Assembly: GCA_951406725.2 (NCBI GenBank)
Contig: OX597814.1
Location: 117,986,001-118,050,000 of the forward strand
DNA: 64,000 nt
Direction: 5' to 3'
From: Octopus vulgaris
Taxonomy: Eukaryota
The notes beneath the pieces are model-generated. The model saw only the letters and a program-made list of their open reading frames with translations, did no database searches and was not told where the DNA came from. Shown piece by piece: positions 1 through 12,727 of the stretch. A program made the position numbers and the translations under genes. Every line of letters begins with the position of its first letter. Positions within the stretch are counted from its first letter, which is position 1.

Positions 1-1005
1 ATAATGAAATCACTGTACATCTTATTCATTTGTGATTAACAACTCTAACTAATGCTATGAAATTAAAAATGATAACTAACTTGGTACATGTACATCTTAA
101 GTGCCTTGATCATCTACTTACAGGCAACAGATAATAAGAGCTTACAATATTAGAACAGGAAACATCCGAAATTTTGTAACTGTGGAGACCATATACCACC
201 GGGAACATCGTTTGTTAGCGGTACCTATTCAATACTTTCCTTTCTACAATTCAGTGTTTCATTTTTTTTTCTAAAATAATAAAATATTTATGGTTGATCC
301 TATGACTGATTCTGTATGTAAATTTCATATTATATTTTATGTTGCACATTTTGTGTAGGAAATATTTCTTGAATCCACATTAGAAGTATTTCATAGATCT
401 AACATCATAGTGAATATTTGACATTTTATCAATAACCATTAGGAATTTTTTCAATTATTGAACGCCAAACCCAAATATACAACAAACCAATAGACGGTAT
501 TTCTCAGTAATTCTCCCGAGATGCTCTTTATTTGCTAGGATCGGTTCAACCATATATAATTTGCTCATTATTTTACATTCATCGGAAAATGTAAAATAGC
601 CACTAGAACTAATAATAAACGTTTTTAACGGGAAAAATACCATGAAAGTGTATACCAATACTTTTATTCCTCAATGGGATAAAAAGTTTCAACTACATAC
701 CTACCTACCTACCTTAGGAAAAATGTATCTATTTAATTATCCACCTCCATTACACTTATATTCACATGGAAACCCACACACACATACACATATATACAGA
801 AGCTTTCTTTAAAATATTAGTAGAGAATAGTACTCAATACATGTTATGCTCTCTATATTTACTAGGCAACTCTATCAGTCATATTTTTGTAAATAAAATT
901 TGAACAACATATTCGAATATAGTAGTATAGTAAAAAATTAGAGTGCGTATGCATATACATATACACGAAAATACACGCGCAGAACTAAGTGTACATACAT
1001 ATGTC

Positions 1006-1157
1006 GCGCAGGCATGGCTTCATGGTAGGAAGATTGTTTACTAAACCACATGGTTCCGGGTTCACTCCTACTGCATTGGAATTTAGGGCTAGTGTTTTCT
1101 TCCATACCCTCAGGCAGGGTAGATTTGGTAGGCAGAAACTGATAGAAGACCGTGGTG
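1006..1157 (+). mobile_element. Degenerate SINE head (family A), ending in (TA)n
   Basis: Aligns by eye with the reverse complement of the better copies at 31290-31444 and 41750-41909 (aaccacatggttccgggttca ... gatttggtag.cagaaactga). Confidence 0.75.
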
Positions 1158-1204
1158 TATATATATATATATATACGTTTATTAAGTATAAGTTATATAT
1201 ATGC

Positions 1205-1242
<38 letters not shown>

Positions 1243-1273
1243 CGTAAACAACTAAACATAGGATTATATACAT

Positions 1274-1319
<46 letters not shown>

Positions 1320-2677
1320 TTTATTATTATATAATTTTGATAGTTTTTGTTTTCGAATATATTATATATATTTACATAAAATTGTTACCTAAGATTTTTC
1401 CTATTTGGATTCATTCCTAATATTATTATTATTATATATATATATATGTATATATATATGTGCATGTATATATGTATGTATACTTGCCAAAGCTGGCAGA
1501 ATGAACAAGAGATATATATTACGGTGGATATTACAGATTTATCAAGGGTCATGTCTGTTCTCCACGCATTCCTGTTTGATATCACTTTCAACTACATTCT
1601 GTGAAGGTGTGAAATAATGTATAGCGTAATGCTCATGTGTGCGAAATTTTCCGATAAATCCATACGGACCTAAATTGCTAATGCACCGCCAATTATATTT
1701 TGCTCGATAACAATATACAAGAGAAAGTAGATATTCTTGTTTCCCTGATGCTATCTTCTGACAAGTGAAGTGAGATAAAGGAAAATAAACCTACTTGTAG
1801 GAGCCATATACAATCTGTTTGATCAATAATTAGCTAGTCTACACTACCCATATCGTATGTCCTTACACTATAACTAATACAAAACGCAGTCTTTAAAGCT
1901 CGCTCCGACATTGTTTCATTGCATGGTTTTGTAAATATGTGACGTAGAATTGCCATGATGTAAACACTTTTAAATTATCAGATGTATTTTATTTCCCTTA
2001 GTAACTCCCACTTAAAATCTGCTATGGCTCATGTATTCAACCCCGCCATTATCCATTGTATTATCTCAACGTCATTTATCTGCAGTATAAATGATTTTGT
2101 CTTTCATCTTTTGGAATGCGATAAAATAACTGGCAGGTAATTCTGTTCCGATATGATCAAATATATTGCATATAAGGGAGAATTTCTTATTCATTGCCAT
2201 ACTGGCATTGAAAGACTACTTCAAGTTGACAGTGTGGGGATCTGAAGTTTACGAGATGAAACCCGAATCTGGCAATAATTCCGTAATATATAAGAAGATA
2301 ATAGGAAAAAAAAACACAAACATTGCATTACTTGCCATGGTGTTCTAACATATTTGTACGGAATTGATATAGGCAGATGATACCTAATTAGCAGTTATTC
2401 TCACGGAAAACACTCACATACGCATAAAAATATACACACATACACAGGTGTTCTCTAGTTGGCATACCGCTTAGGAACATGATAGGCTTAATTCCAAAGA
2501 TAAAATGGCAGCCGCGAGGTTGCATATATCCTTGAATGTTCCACGACTATTATCAGAGCTTATTCCCTGCAGCCAAGAGGCTTACACTTACACAAAATAA
2601 GCAAAACGTATTTATGACTCAGAAATTACACTCACTCACATACACATATGACACATACTCACACATACATACATACA

Positions 2678-2733
<56 letters not shown>

Positions 2734-2934
2734 GACAGGCAACAGATAGATGAATAGACGGATAGATGAATAGCTAGCTTGAGAGATGCAGAGTTAGAAA
2801 CAAATTCTAACATGCAGAGACAAGCGCTTTTCAGTGTGCATAGTCAAATATATCAATCCTAATCCCTGTCTTTTATCTTCGTTCCTTGGTCATAGAACAG
2901 TTAAATGCAAATTAATCAATGTTGCTATTCAATC

Positions 2935-3120
2935 TCTAGGCTACTATCCTTCCCACTATAGGCACAAGAGCTGAAAATTAGCATTATCACTTACATCAAG
3001 TTGTACTCATTTTATCGACTCAGAAAGGATGACATTCGAAATTTGCCTGTGCGGAATTTGAACTCATAACGTAAAGTTAAAACGAGAAGGAATGCAACTA
3101 AACATTTTCTTTACCGCTTT
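2935..3120 (-). mobile_element. Degenerate SINE (family B)
   Basis: Shares taggcacaag, tttatcga..c.gaaaggatga and gcggaatttgaactca.aacgtaaag with copies at 17309-17520 and 38235-38420. Confidence 0.65.
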
Positions 3121-4274
3121 AATGTCAGAAACATTTTGAATATACTACATTACAGCTATAATGTAGAACTACATTGTAGCTTGTATACCTGTATGCATGT
3201 ATTTATTTATTTATTTATTTATTTAATCAAGATAATTTTGGTTTTTGCTATAGTTCAGTTAGACATACGGATCCAATTAACCATCACTTCTGGAAGAAAG
3301 TCATTAATATAAAAATGATTCTACAATGAACAGAAGGATGTAGTTGACTCGGCGAGGGATCTTGACTTTTGTTAAAAGAGAATTCTATGAATGTATGTCC
3401 CGCTAAAACACCTGGTTCAACATCCTGAAATGATCGTACGATTTTGAAGAACCAGCATAGTTGGTTACAAAATATCTATTGTTGAGAGCAATTAATATAT
3501 ACAGTTAACTGTAATTAAGACATTTTTCTATCTTAATTATTGCTATAATCTTCAGGAATCTCATTAGCGAATTTGCATTAATATTCACAAAATAAATGAT
3601 ATGAACAACGGATGGATTGTTCCGAGAAATCATTGTCATGTTTACGAGCGAATGTGTCATCAATCACCGGTAGAAAGCAACTTTTAAATCCCAGAAACAA
3701 TTTCACACTTAATGACCTAAATTTAGAATTGTTAAGCGACTGATATGTTCTGCCATCAATAACAGCCCTAAGAAATAAATGGAAGTTTATCATTATCGTT
3801 TGTTTCAACAGGAGAAATTTCAAATGAATTTATAACAATTTGACACCAAGAATATCAAAATATTTCAGTTCAAAGTTTAAATATATATATATATATTTGA
3901 TAGCGCAATTGAAATGCAAATAGAAAATATGTGCTTTGCAGTACTCCTTGTTTCATTTGTTTCTTCATAACTTCAGCTAAATATTAAATAATTCCAAGCA
4001 AACAGTGTCTACCATGACATTTTTGTATTCACATATGCATGCGTACACACAAGCAGAAACACTAAAGGCTCTGAAACACGCACATACATAACACAAACAT
4101 TCATATATATGTGTGTGTGTATTTGTGTGTTTATAGCGACTTGCAGATAAATTGAGACCAATTTTAAACAATTGCCTTTCTGGCTTTAACACTTCAGTTT
4201 CTCACAAAACATTGCTTTGCTTCAAAATTCAATCCTCTTCTTTCTTTGTTCAGGTAAATAGCGTACTGAAAGTC

Positions 4275-4700
4275 ATGGAACAACGGAATCACTCCTGCAT
4301 TGTTTTGCCGCGCACCGGGCACACTGCCAATAAAATTGTTACGAAAGGAACAGCTTATCGTGTGTATAAACAGTTTAATTAAAGAGGGAAAGATTGATAG
4401 AAAAGAACATAAGACTTGGTGAAAAGGTGCCATATTTTGCGTGCGCCAAATCTGGCTCATTAATATCCCAGATCTCAACATTCTCGATTACTTTTTATGG
4501 GGTGAACTTCAAGGAAGGACCAATGCCTCACCATACACGAGTGCGAACAGTTTGAAGACCTGCATTGTGCGTGTGACACGTAAAATCAAGAAGGCGGATG
4601 TGGCAAAAAGATTTCTTTATTGTATGGAGGCAGTAATTACTCAAAAGGGCGGCCATATTCAGCGACAAGTTTTTTTTTATTGTAATAAATGTCACAGTAA
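4275..4700 (+). pseudogene. Internally deleted Tc1/mariner-superfamily transposase relic
   Basis: An N-terminal HTH-like fragment (MEQRNHSCIVLPRTGHTANKIV..TAYRVYKQF) is joined almost directly to a C-terminal DDE segment, PDLNILDYFLWGEL...MEAVITQKGGHI, matching the SPDLNPxDxxxW and terminal GGH motifs. Confidence 0.75.
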
Positions 4701-4997
4701 AATTATATTTGTCTACTACCTTATTTCAGTATTTACAATCAGATTTATACATCGTAAAGATTGTCTCGATTTATCTTCAAAATAATTATGTGTGTGTATG
4801 TGTGTGTGTGTGTTTGTGTAGATATGATTGTCAATCCCGTCGTTAGACGCCGTATGAGCGTTCGACAGTTTTTTACAGAACAGTCACACAGATAAATTGC
4901 TTATAGTGGCCTAAATTTTGTGTACACATAGACTGACTCCCTACATCAGATCGACATTATCTGTACAGGTTCCACGCGTTATACGAGGAAATGATCG

Positions 4998-5121
4998 CAG
5001 AGCAACGTGAACTGAAGTGTTTTTACTCAAGAACACAACGCGACGCCCGGTCTAGGAATCGAACCCACGGCCTCGCAATCGTGAGTGCAACACATTAACA
5101 CCTTAACCACTGAGCCATGCG
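4998..5121 (-). mobile_element. tRNA-derived SINE head (family C-related)
   Basis: The minus strand reads tggctcagtggtta (A box) ... ggttcgattcc (B box) ... agaccgggcgtcgcgttgtgttcttgag. Confidence 0.75.
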
Positions 5122-5122
5122 A

Positions 5123-5155
<33 letters not shown>

Positions 5156-5309
5156 ACGATCGGAGGCAACAATACCACCACTCCACCGACCAAATACCAC
5201 ACAACCTCACAGACAACTCATACAAACAAAATTACACCCAACATTTTTTAGCCAGGGACCAGGGACACCAGGACACAGGCTGGAACCTAGTAATAAGGAA
5301 AAACCGAAG

Positions 5310-7565
5310 ATAATCAATCTTTCAACCAAACCTCTTTCTAACATAAAAATTGACATCCTCGCAAAAGGGCTCAAATTTACACCAACTCCACGCAGAGCAA
5401 ACCTAAATGAACTCAAGGATAATATAACAGAATTTTGCAGAAAATTAAGACTAGCAGAAGCATCAAACAGTTTCAATACTGAAGATGAATCACTAGTCAA
5501 GAACAAAAGTGAACACATCCCACACAGAGGAAGAAATAAAGATCTTGACGAATTCTGTAACCACATTGAGAACTTCCCCTACCATACTATACATAAACAG
5601 AAAGCTAACCCAAATTTTAACACTACACAATGGAAAGAACTGATAGAACTCCAAAAATGATGAAGATATAACCATTAAGGAAGCGGACAAGGGAAATGCA
5701 GTTGTAATAATGGATACATCATACTACAGAAATCTTGTAATTTCCTTGCTTGATGAAGACCTACATTATGAAAAAATTACCAACTACACCCCACAAAAAA
5801 TAATGAAAACTCTATCTTCACTAATTAAAACCCATGAAAAGGAACTGACAACCAAAGAGATTGATTTCCTAACAAACTTTAAATGCAAACCTAGCCTTTT
5901 CTATGGTCTGCCAAAAATTCATAAAAGTCAAATTATAAATGAAACCATTAAAAAATCACCAAAGACATACATACACACACCTAATGCGGGGGACCTAAAA
6001 CTACGACCCATTGTAGCTGGCCCAACCTGTGAAACACACAGACTAAGTCTACTTATGGACATCCTCTTGAAACCCTTCCTTAAACATATCGATAGCCATA
6101 TCAGAGATGACTTAGATATGTTAAACCACCTTCCAAAAAAAACCAAGGAAGAAACAATCCTGGTTTCATTTGATGTAGTCAACTTGTATACCAGTATACC
6201 TCATAATTATGGACTGGAGGCAATACAATTCTGGTTAGACCAATTTCCGGAAGAAATACCAAAAAGGATCAGTAAGGAATTCATTACTAAATCAATTGAA
6301 TTCATCCTACACAATAACCACTTCATGTTTGACAATACATTTTACCGTCAAAAATCCGGAATTGCTATGGGTACAAGGGCAGCACCAGTCATTGCGAACT
6401 TAACAATGGGATACATGGAAATAATCATTTACCAGGAATCTCTATCAATCTTTGGAAACTCCCTCTCTCATTACATAAAAGAGAATTGGAAACGATTCCT
6501 AGACGATTGTTTCATTCTCTGGAATGAAAACATAGATAAACTCCTAAAATTTAAAAACCTATTGAACAGCATAAACCCAAATATACAGTTCACAATGGAA
6601 TACAACCAAAAGGAGCTCCCGTTCTTGGATATACTAATTAAAAAAATTAACCTTAAAATAGAAACAGACATTTTTTACAAAGCCACAGACGCCAAACAAT
6701 ACCTTCTTTTTAATTCATGCCACCCAAGACACACTAAAACAAACATCCCCTTCAACCTTGCAAGAAGGATATGCACAATAGTGTCAGAACAAAATACCAG
6801 GAACTTTAGACTGCAAGAACTCAAAACACCCTAATTGACAGACATTACCCAGCTCAACTCATAGAGGATGGGATCAGACGTGCAACAGAAATCAACATAG
6901 AAACTTTAAGAAAAGTTCAACACAACAACACACCTTCCCCGAAAATACTACCTTACATATCTACATACAACCCCAGAAACAAAGAAGCCTTCACCCAGAA
7001 TTTACCAATACTTCATAAAAACCCAAAATTAAAGGAAATTCTAAACATACACCAAATCATTAAAAGCTACAAACAGCCTAAATCACTTAAAAAGATTCTC
7101 ACAAAGGCAAAATTGTCTTCTAAAATTACGGATGCAAAAGTAAAAAAATGTGGTAGATCGAACTGTGCAACATGTCCTAACCTATTGGAAGGATCAGAAT
7201 TCTTCTTTAAAGAGGGACAGAAATTTAAGATCAAATCTAACTTTACTTGTGCCTCTGAAAACATAATTTATGTTATTAAATGCTCGGGCTGCCACCAAGA
7301 CTACGTGGGTTCCACGGGACTATCACTCAGGCGCAGATGCACACTGCATCGACAACAGATTGCATTCCCAGAATATAGAATGATACCTTTTAGTGAGCAC
7401 ATTGAGAAATGCGCAAAGCAACTACTGCCACAATTTTTAATCTTCCCATTTTACCAATGTGCTTTCGGATCATCAACACAAATGAGACTGAACAAGGAAA
7501 CATTCTTCATTGAAAAGTACAAACCCAGACTCAACCATCCGAACATACTGACACAGAGAAATTAA
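5310..7565 (+). CDS. PLE reverse transcriptase / GIY-YIG endonuclease (about 750 aa after repairing two 1-nt frameshifts)
   Basis: ORFs 5085-5660, 5710-6834 and 7113-7565 join with no other stops if one A is removed from the A5 run at 5653-5657 (LQNDEDITIKEADKG) and one A is added to the A4 run at 6823-6826 (LKNTLIDRHYP). Confidence 0.85.
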
Positions 7566-7701
7566 CAAGGAAAAGGGAAAAAAAATTTTTAAGCGATTAT
7601 CTCCCCTACACCAGAAAAAATCACTCACTACCTCCCCTTATTTAGAAATCTCCTGGAAATAAAAACAACGATAATTCCATGCAATATAAACATAACGTCA
7701 C

Positions 7702-7741
7702 AAGAAATTTGAAAAGCTACACGCGAAACCGGTAATTTCTT
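7702..7741 (+). ncRNA. Minimal type I hammerhead ribozyme (U3-A8 core variant) in PLE 3' pseudo-LTR
   Basis: AAGAAAT-TTGAAAA-GC(TACAC)GC-GAAA-CCGG-TA-ATTTCTT gives a perfect 7-bp stem I, a 2-bp stem II, GAAA, a palindromic ACCGGT stem III and a GUA cleavage triplet. Confidence 0.75.
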
Positions 7742-7922
7742 TAAAAATTTTAAAATTATGTCATTTTAAGGAAAGGGAAAAAAATTTTTCCAATATTCTC
7801 CAGACATTTTGACACAAATATATATATTTTTTAACATTTAAGCCTTCTGTCGTTTTTTCACACTTTACTATTTTCTTATATATTCACCCACGTGCTTTAC
7901 CAAACAAACTTTCTTATCTATA

Positions 7923-7953
<31 letters not shown>

Positions 7954-8024
7954 AGATAGATAGTTAGATAGATAGGTAGATTTATAAATACATATTCATA
8001 TATAAATACATGCCTACATACATG

Positions 8025-8056
<32 letters not shown>

Positions 8057-9457
8057 CATACATACATATGTACATACATACATGCATACATACATACATA
8101 TATACATACGTACATAAATACATACAAACATACGCATGTGTAGCAAAATGCAGAACATAAAATCCATTACACCAAGCCCTGACGTATCGCAAAGATAAGA
8201 GAAAAACATGGAAAAACGTCTCTATCAATAAAAACCTAGGGCACACTGGAGTTGACTAATGTGCTTAACGAATTAGAGTGAAAACTTGTGACAATGCTTA
8301 TTAAACAACAGCAATCTCCAGTTAGCTTACCACATACTTCAAGATTTCCAAACTACAGACCTACTCAACACATAATAGATTTACATTAAAAATCAGGAGT
8401 GGACAGCAAATTTTATAACAAACATATTTCCCTCAAGATTTGGAGAAGTAATGATTATAAGACCACTATGTAAATATGACAACACACGACATGAATTAGT
8501 CGCGAACGAAATTAAACACACGACTGTTGATGCAAAAAAGTATAAACGTAATGCACAAATTTCCTGTTCTAGGTGAAAGGCTTTCGTTGATAAAGAATCA
8601 GCAGCTCTCACAATCAGCACTGTATACAGACTATGAGACTATGAATAAACATCATGAAACGGTGATAACTGATTCTCAAACATTGATGTTCATAGGAAAC
8701 TGTAAAAATACCAAATGAAAGCATGGGCAAGGAAATTACTTCAACTCACGTAAAACGTACAACAGCAACGAGATTTCAATGGCGCAACATTGAAGAACTG
8801 GATGTGTTTTTATGCATGCTACGAATATGTAAGATCATTTTTTGTATCTATTTCATATATATTTCTATCTGTAGTTTAAGCAAATCCCGTGTACGTAGAT
8901 ATAGCAGTATGCACATCAGTGTGTGCATGTGTGTATGCATGTAATGCATGTTTGTATGTCTATATGAATATACATATATATATTTATGTACATATATATG
9001 TGTGTGTTTGTGTGTGTGTATGTGTGCGATCTCTCTCTATATATATGTGTGTGTGTGTGGCTGTGTGTGTTCGCGTGTATGTATATATGTGGATGTGGAT
9101 ATATGGGTATGTGTGTGTATGTATGTGTGTGATGCTTATATATATAGTTATGCATACATACATATATATGTCTGTGTGCGTTTGTGTGTGTATGTATACA
9201 GAGAGAAAAACGGGGCAGGGAGCGAGAGACATACAAATAAACAGATGAGTATATACAATCATGTAATTATCAAATGTGTACTAAATGTACATAAGAAGGT
9301 AACGCTGATTTTGTGTACCGTGCGCATGCATATATAACGTATTTGCTTATAAACCTGTGTGTAAAATTATAATAAACAAATATTGCTTGTTTGAGATAAA
9401 TTTCTGTACCAGTGAGTACGCGAAAATAGACTAATCCACCCACTAGCCCGTCTGTCG

Positions 9458-9520
<63 letters not shown>

Positions 9521-9529
9521 TGTGTTAGA

Positions 9530-9895
9530 GGGGGTGATTAATATATATTAAAGGAAGTGGAAAACAAAAAAAGGTAGGACAAGCTTGTCAGATCATTAAA
9601 ACTATTTAAATAATTTTAATGGGGTATCGAAGTAAGCAAAAGTAAGCATTAATGTTTTACAGTTGTTTCCGTGATATCCCCGATGATAGATCAAGGTGTT
9701 GATCCAGATTTCCATACACGGGGTAATCCTTCATCGGAGACAAGATACATATACAGAAAATTTCAATGTTGACATGTAAATAGAAACCATGTTATAGAGA
9801 ATTGCACGAAGATCAAGGCTCATAGTTCATACTGTTCCGGATGGTATGGAGGTTTATCTATATTTCCGTGAAGGTGTGTATCCTTACGTATAATA
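9530..9895 (-). mobile_element. Microsatellite-embedded retroelement tail with degenerate hammerhead-like motif (probable PLE pseudo-LTR)
   Basis: Flanked by (TG)n and (CA)n. The minus strand has TGTCT-CCGATGA-long stem II-GAAA-CAACTG-TA-AAACA at 9653-9742. Confidence 0.5.
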
Positions 9896-10079
9896 CATAC
9901 ATAGATTCACACACTCACACACACACACACACACACATATGTGTGTGTGTGTGTAAGTATGTATGTATTATACGTAAGGAGACACACCTTCACGGACATA
10001 TGGATATATAATATGTATATGATATACGTTTATGTTTGTGTGTGTGTGTGTGCATATATTTATGTATGCATGTATAAAG

Positions 10080-10378
10080 AGAGAGAAAGCGAGAGAGAGA
10101 AGAAGAAGAAGAAGAAAAGAAGAAGAAGAAAAGAAGAAGAAGAAGAAGAAGAAGAAGAAGAAGAAGATGAAGAAGAAGAAGAAGAAGAAGAAGAAGAAGA
10201 AGAAGAAGAGGAAGAAAAAGAACATGAACAAGAACAAGAAAGAGATAGAGAAACAGAGAGAAATACACAGAAAGAGAGAGAGAAGAAGAAGAAGAAGAAG
10301 AAGAAGAAGAAGAAGAAGAAGAAGAAAGAAGAAGAAGAAGAAGAAGAAGAAGAATAGAGAAACAGAGAGAAATACACC
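10080..10378 (+). repeat. Compound (GAA)n polypurine microsatellite with a duplicated agagaaacagagagaaatacac spacer
   Basis: Directly visible. It explains the poly-E/K/R/S/F ORFs. Confidence 0.95.
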
Positions 10379-11167
10379 ATTGCCTGCATTATTAATTGAC
10401 GAAATGAATAAATAGCAAAACAAACCGATAACGAATATTTCCTGACTCGTATCGCGATATAATTAGCTTCCAACGGGAATATGTTTCACCTTCTTAATAT
10501 AAACCGCAGAATATTGTCAGCTCAAAATGACCTACACGAAATTTCACAGACGTCCTATAAGCTAACCTTGCCAGAAAAATATTTTATTTGCTTTCACTGA
10601 TCTTAAACAAAGTCTGTGTCCACACAACTCTGACCATATTGGTTTATTACTACCGTCTGTAGCAGTCTCCATTTGTTTACCCAAATTCGTACAACAAACG
10701 TACTGCTTCTTTTTGTTTTCACTTCTCATACACATTCCTTTTCTCTTCTTACTGCACCCAACTCGTTTTACAAAAGCCTATTAGAATTTAGTTTTAGCGA
10801 TTCAAGTTTTCTGAACGAAATTTTTTCTTTTTTAAAAGAGATTCTTATTTTTAGCTTGTTTCAATTTTCGTTTATTTCCCTGATTGTTTCTAACATGAAT
10901 CTGGTTCAAATTTAACATTTCAATAATTATTTAATGAAAACGTCGTCACTAAAATAAAAATTGTTATATTTCATATTCAAATAATTCTCGATTTGGATAA
11001 CAATATAAAATTCTGGTTTTTCCATTTAGAATCAATGAAGAATGTTCTTGTGTATAGAAACTTATGCTCAGTTATATAGATGATTAACATTTAAGAATTA
11101 TAGCGAATACTGAACATTTTAATAATTCTTAATTACAATTTCATGAACTGAAGAACGTTAGTATTAA

Positions 11168-11370
11168 TTATTACTTACGCCTTCGCCAAGGCGGAGGTAT
11201 TGTTTTCAGTCGTGTTTGTTTGTTTCTCCGTGGAAAGATATCTCAAGAACCACTGGATGGATTGGGATGAAACTTTCAGGGATGGTTGACCTTGTAATTA
11301 GCATGAACTGGTTAGATTTTGGAATTGATCCGCTAATGGACAAGGATTCTGGATTATTTGTTATATTTAC
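11168..11370 (+). mobile_element. Non-autonomous DNA element fragment (HINE/Helentron-like 5' end)
   Basis: A 5' hairpin (ccttcgcc aa ggcggagg), a short (GTTT)n run and a core 'atatctcaagaaccactggatggattgggatgaaacttt' match recalled DINE/HINE-type architecture. The 3' end was not identified. Confidence 0.45.
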
Positions 11371-12139
11371 TTTACATGAAGTATTACGATCTCTGATTAT
11401 CTCTCTTGAAAGCACGTTCATGAATTCTACGCATATTATGGCGGCGTTGCTGTTTCCAAAGTTTTATTTTCGTTTCTCTATTATTAATTTTACTCGCCCC
11501 TCTATCTTAGAAGAGACTGATGTATAAAGACATCAAATTACAGAAACAAATGCCAGGAAAACCGCTCAGTAACTAAATAACATTAACATATTTACTAACA
11601 ATAATAAATTTAATTCATCCTCGATAATTTTTAGTTTTTCCTATTTTGAATATATCGCTCCATTTTAAAACTCTTACCTGCTTGACACAGCTTCACAAAC
11701 GATCCACCGCAACTGTTTGTACATCATCTCACGATGGATCGGAACGATCGTAGTGAATAATAAAGAGTCTCGTGAATTCCGTATTCTTTCACTCATATTT
11801 TATGAACTTTACGGACACGAAGGAATCGCTTAACTTAATCCAGTGGCAGTTGCAGCCATACTGTTGACGACATAAATAAGCCGAATATAGTAAACGGGCT
11901 TTAAAGCGCATACTGCAATGTGTATTATATATATATATATATGCACACACACATGCGCACACACACACGCGCACACACACACCCACCCACGCACATATAT
12001 ATAAGTGTGTCCCTTCTTCGTGACACGACGTATTTGTCATTACTATGGCCAGTCAGTAGCCAAAGAAACAGATTTCAACTCAGAAATAACTACTCATACC
12101 ATCAGTATTTATATATATATATATATATATATGTATATG

Positions 12140-12195
<56 letters not shown>

Positions 12196-12686
12196 TACAC
12201 GGTATTTTTCCTTGGACCTCCCGATACTATTATTTTATTATCATCGGCGGATTAATTTACATAAGATCATATACTACATGGACAAGCAAATATAAAGCTG
12301 TAGTACCCACAGAATATGCAAATGATCTCAAGATCAGTTCTTAAGCTAGAATTGTGTAGACAATTAATGTCTCTCGATTTGTATTATATACACCGTCTAC
12401 TTATACTATTTTTACAAAAAATACAACGAACGCACTCACACAAACGCGCAGATATATCTACCACTTACAAATATATCAATATAAACTCTGCAGCATCTCT
12501 TACATCATATCAGCTATATCTAGTGCACAGTGTATAATACTGGTCTATCCACTGAATATGGCCATTAATATTCTAAAACGTCATTGGCTAGAGAACGAAA
12601 TTAGTGCACTGATAGACGCTTGGTATGCTCAGCTCAACGATAACGTAACCGCTAATGTTGACAGTAAAATCACCGAAAAATTCGCT

Positions 12687-12727
<41 letters not shown>

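Larger units (their letters stand above)
5150..7915 (+). mobile_element. Penelope-like retroelement (Neptune-type), 5'-truncated, near-intact RT-GIY-YIG coding region plus 3' pseudo-LTR, embedded between (TA)n/(CA)n tracts
   Basis: PLE motifs occur in order: IINLS..L....L.KGLKF.PTP, IKEADKGNAVVIMD, FYGLPKIHK, RPIVA, FDVVNLYTSIP, GIAMGTRAAP, WKRFLDD, LPFLD, SCHPRH, the Cys-rich linker CGRSNCATC, and GIY-YIG NIIYVIKC..C...YVG.T...RRR...H. Confidence 0.95.
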
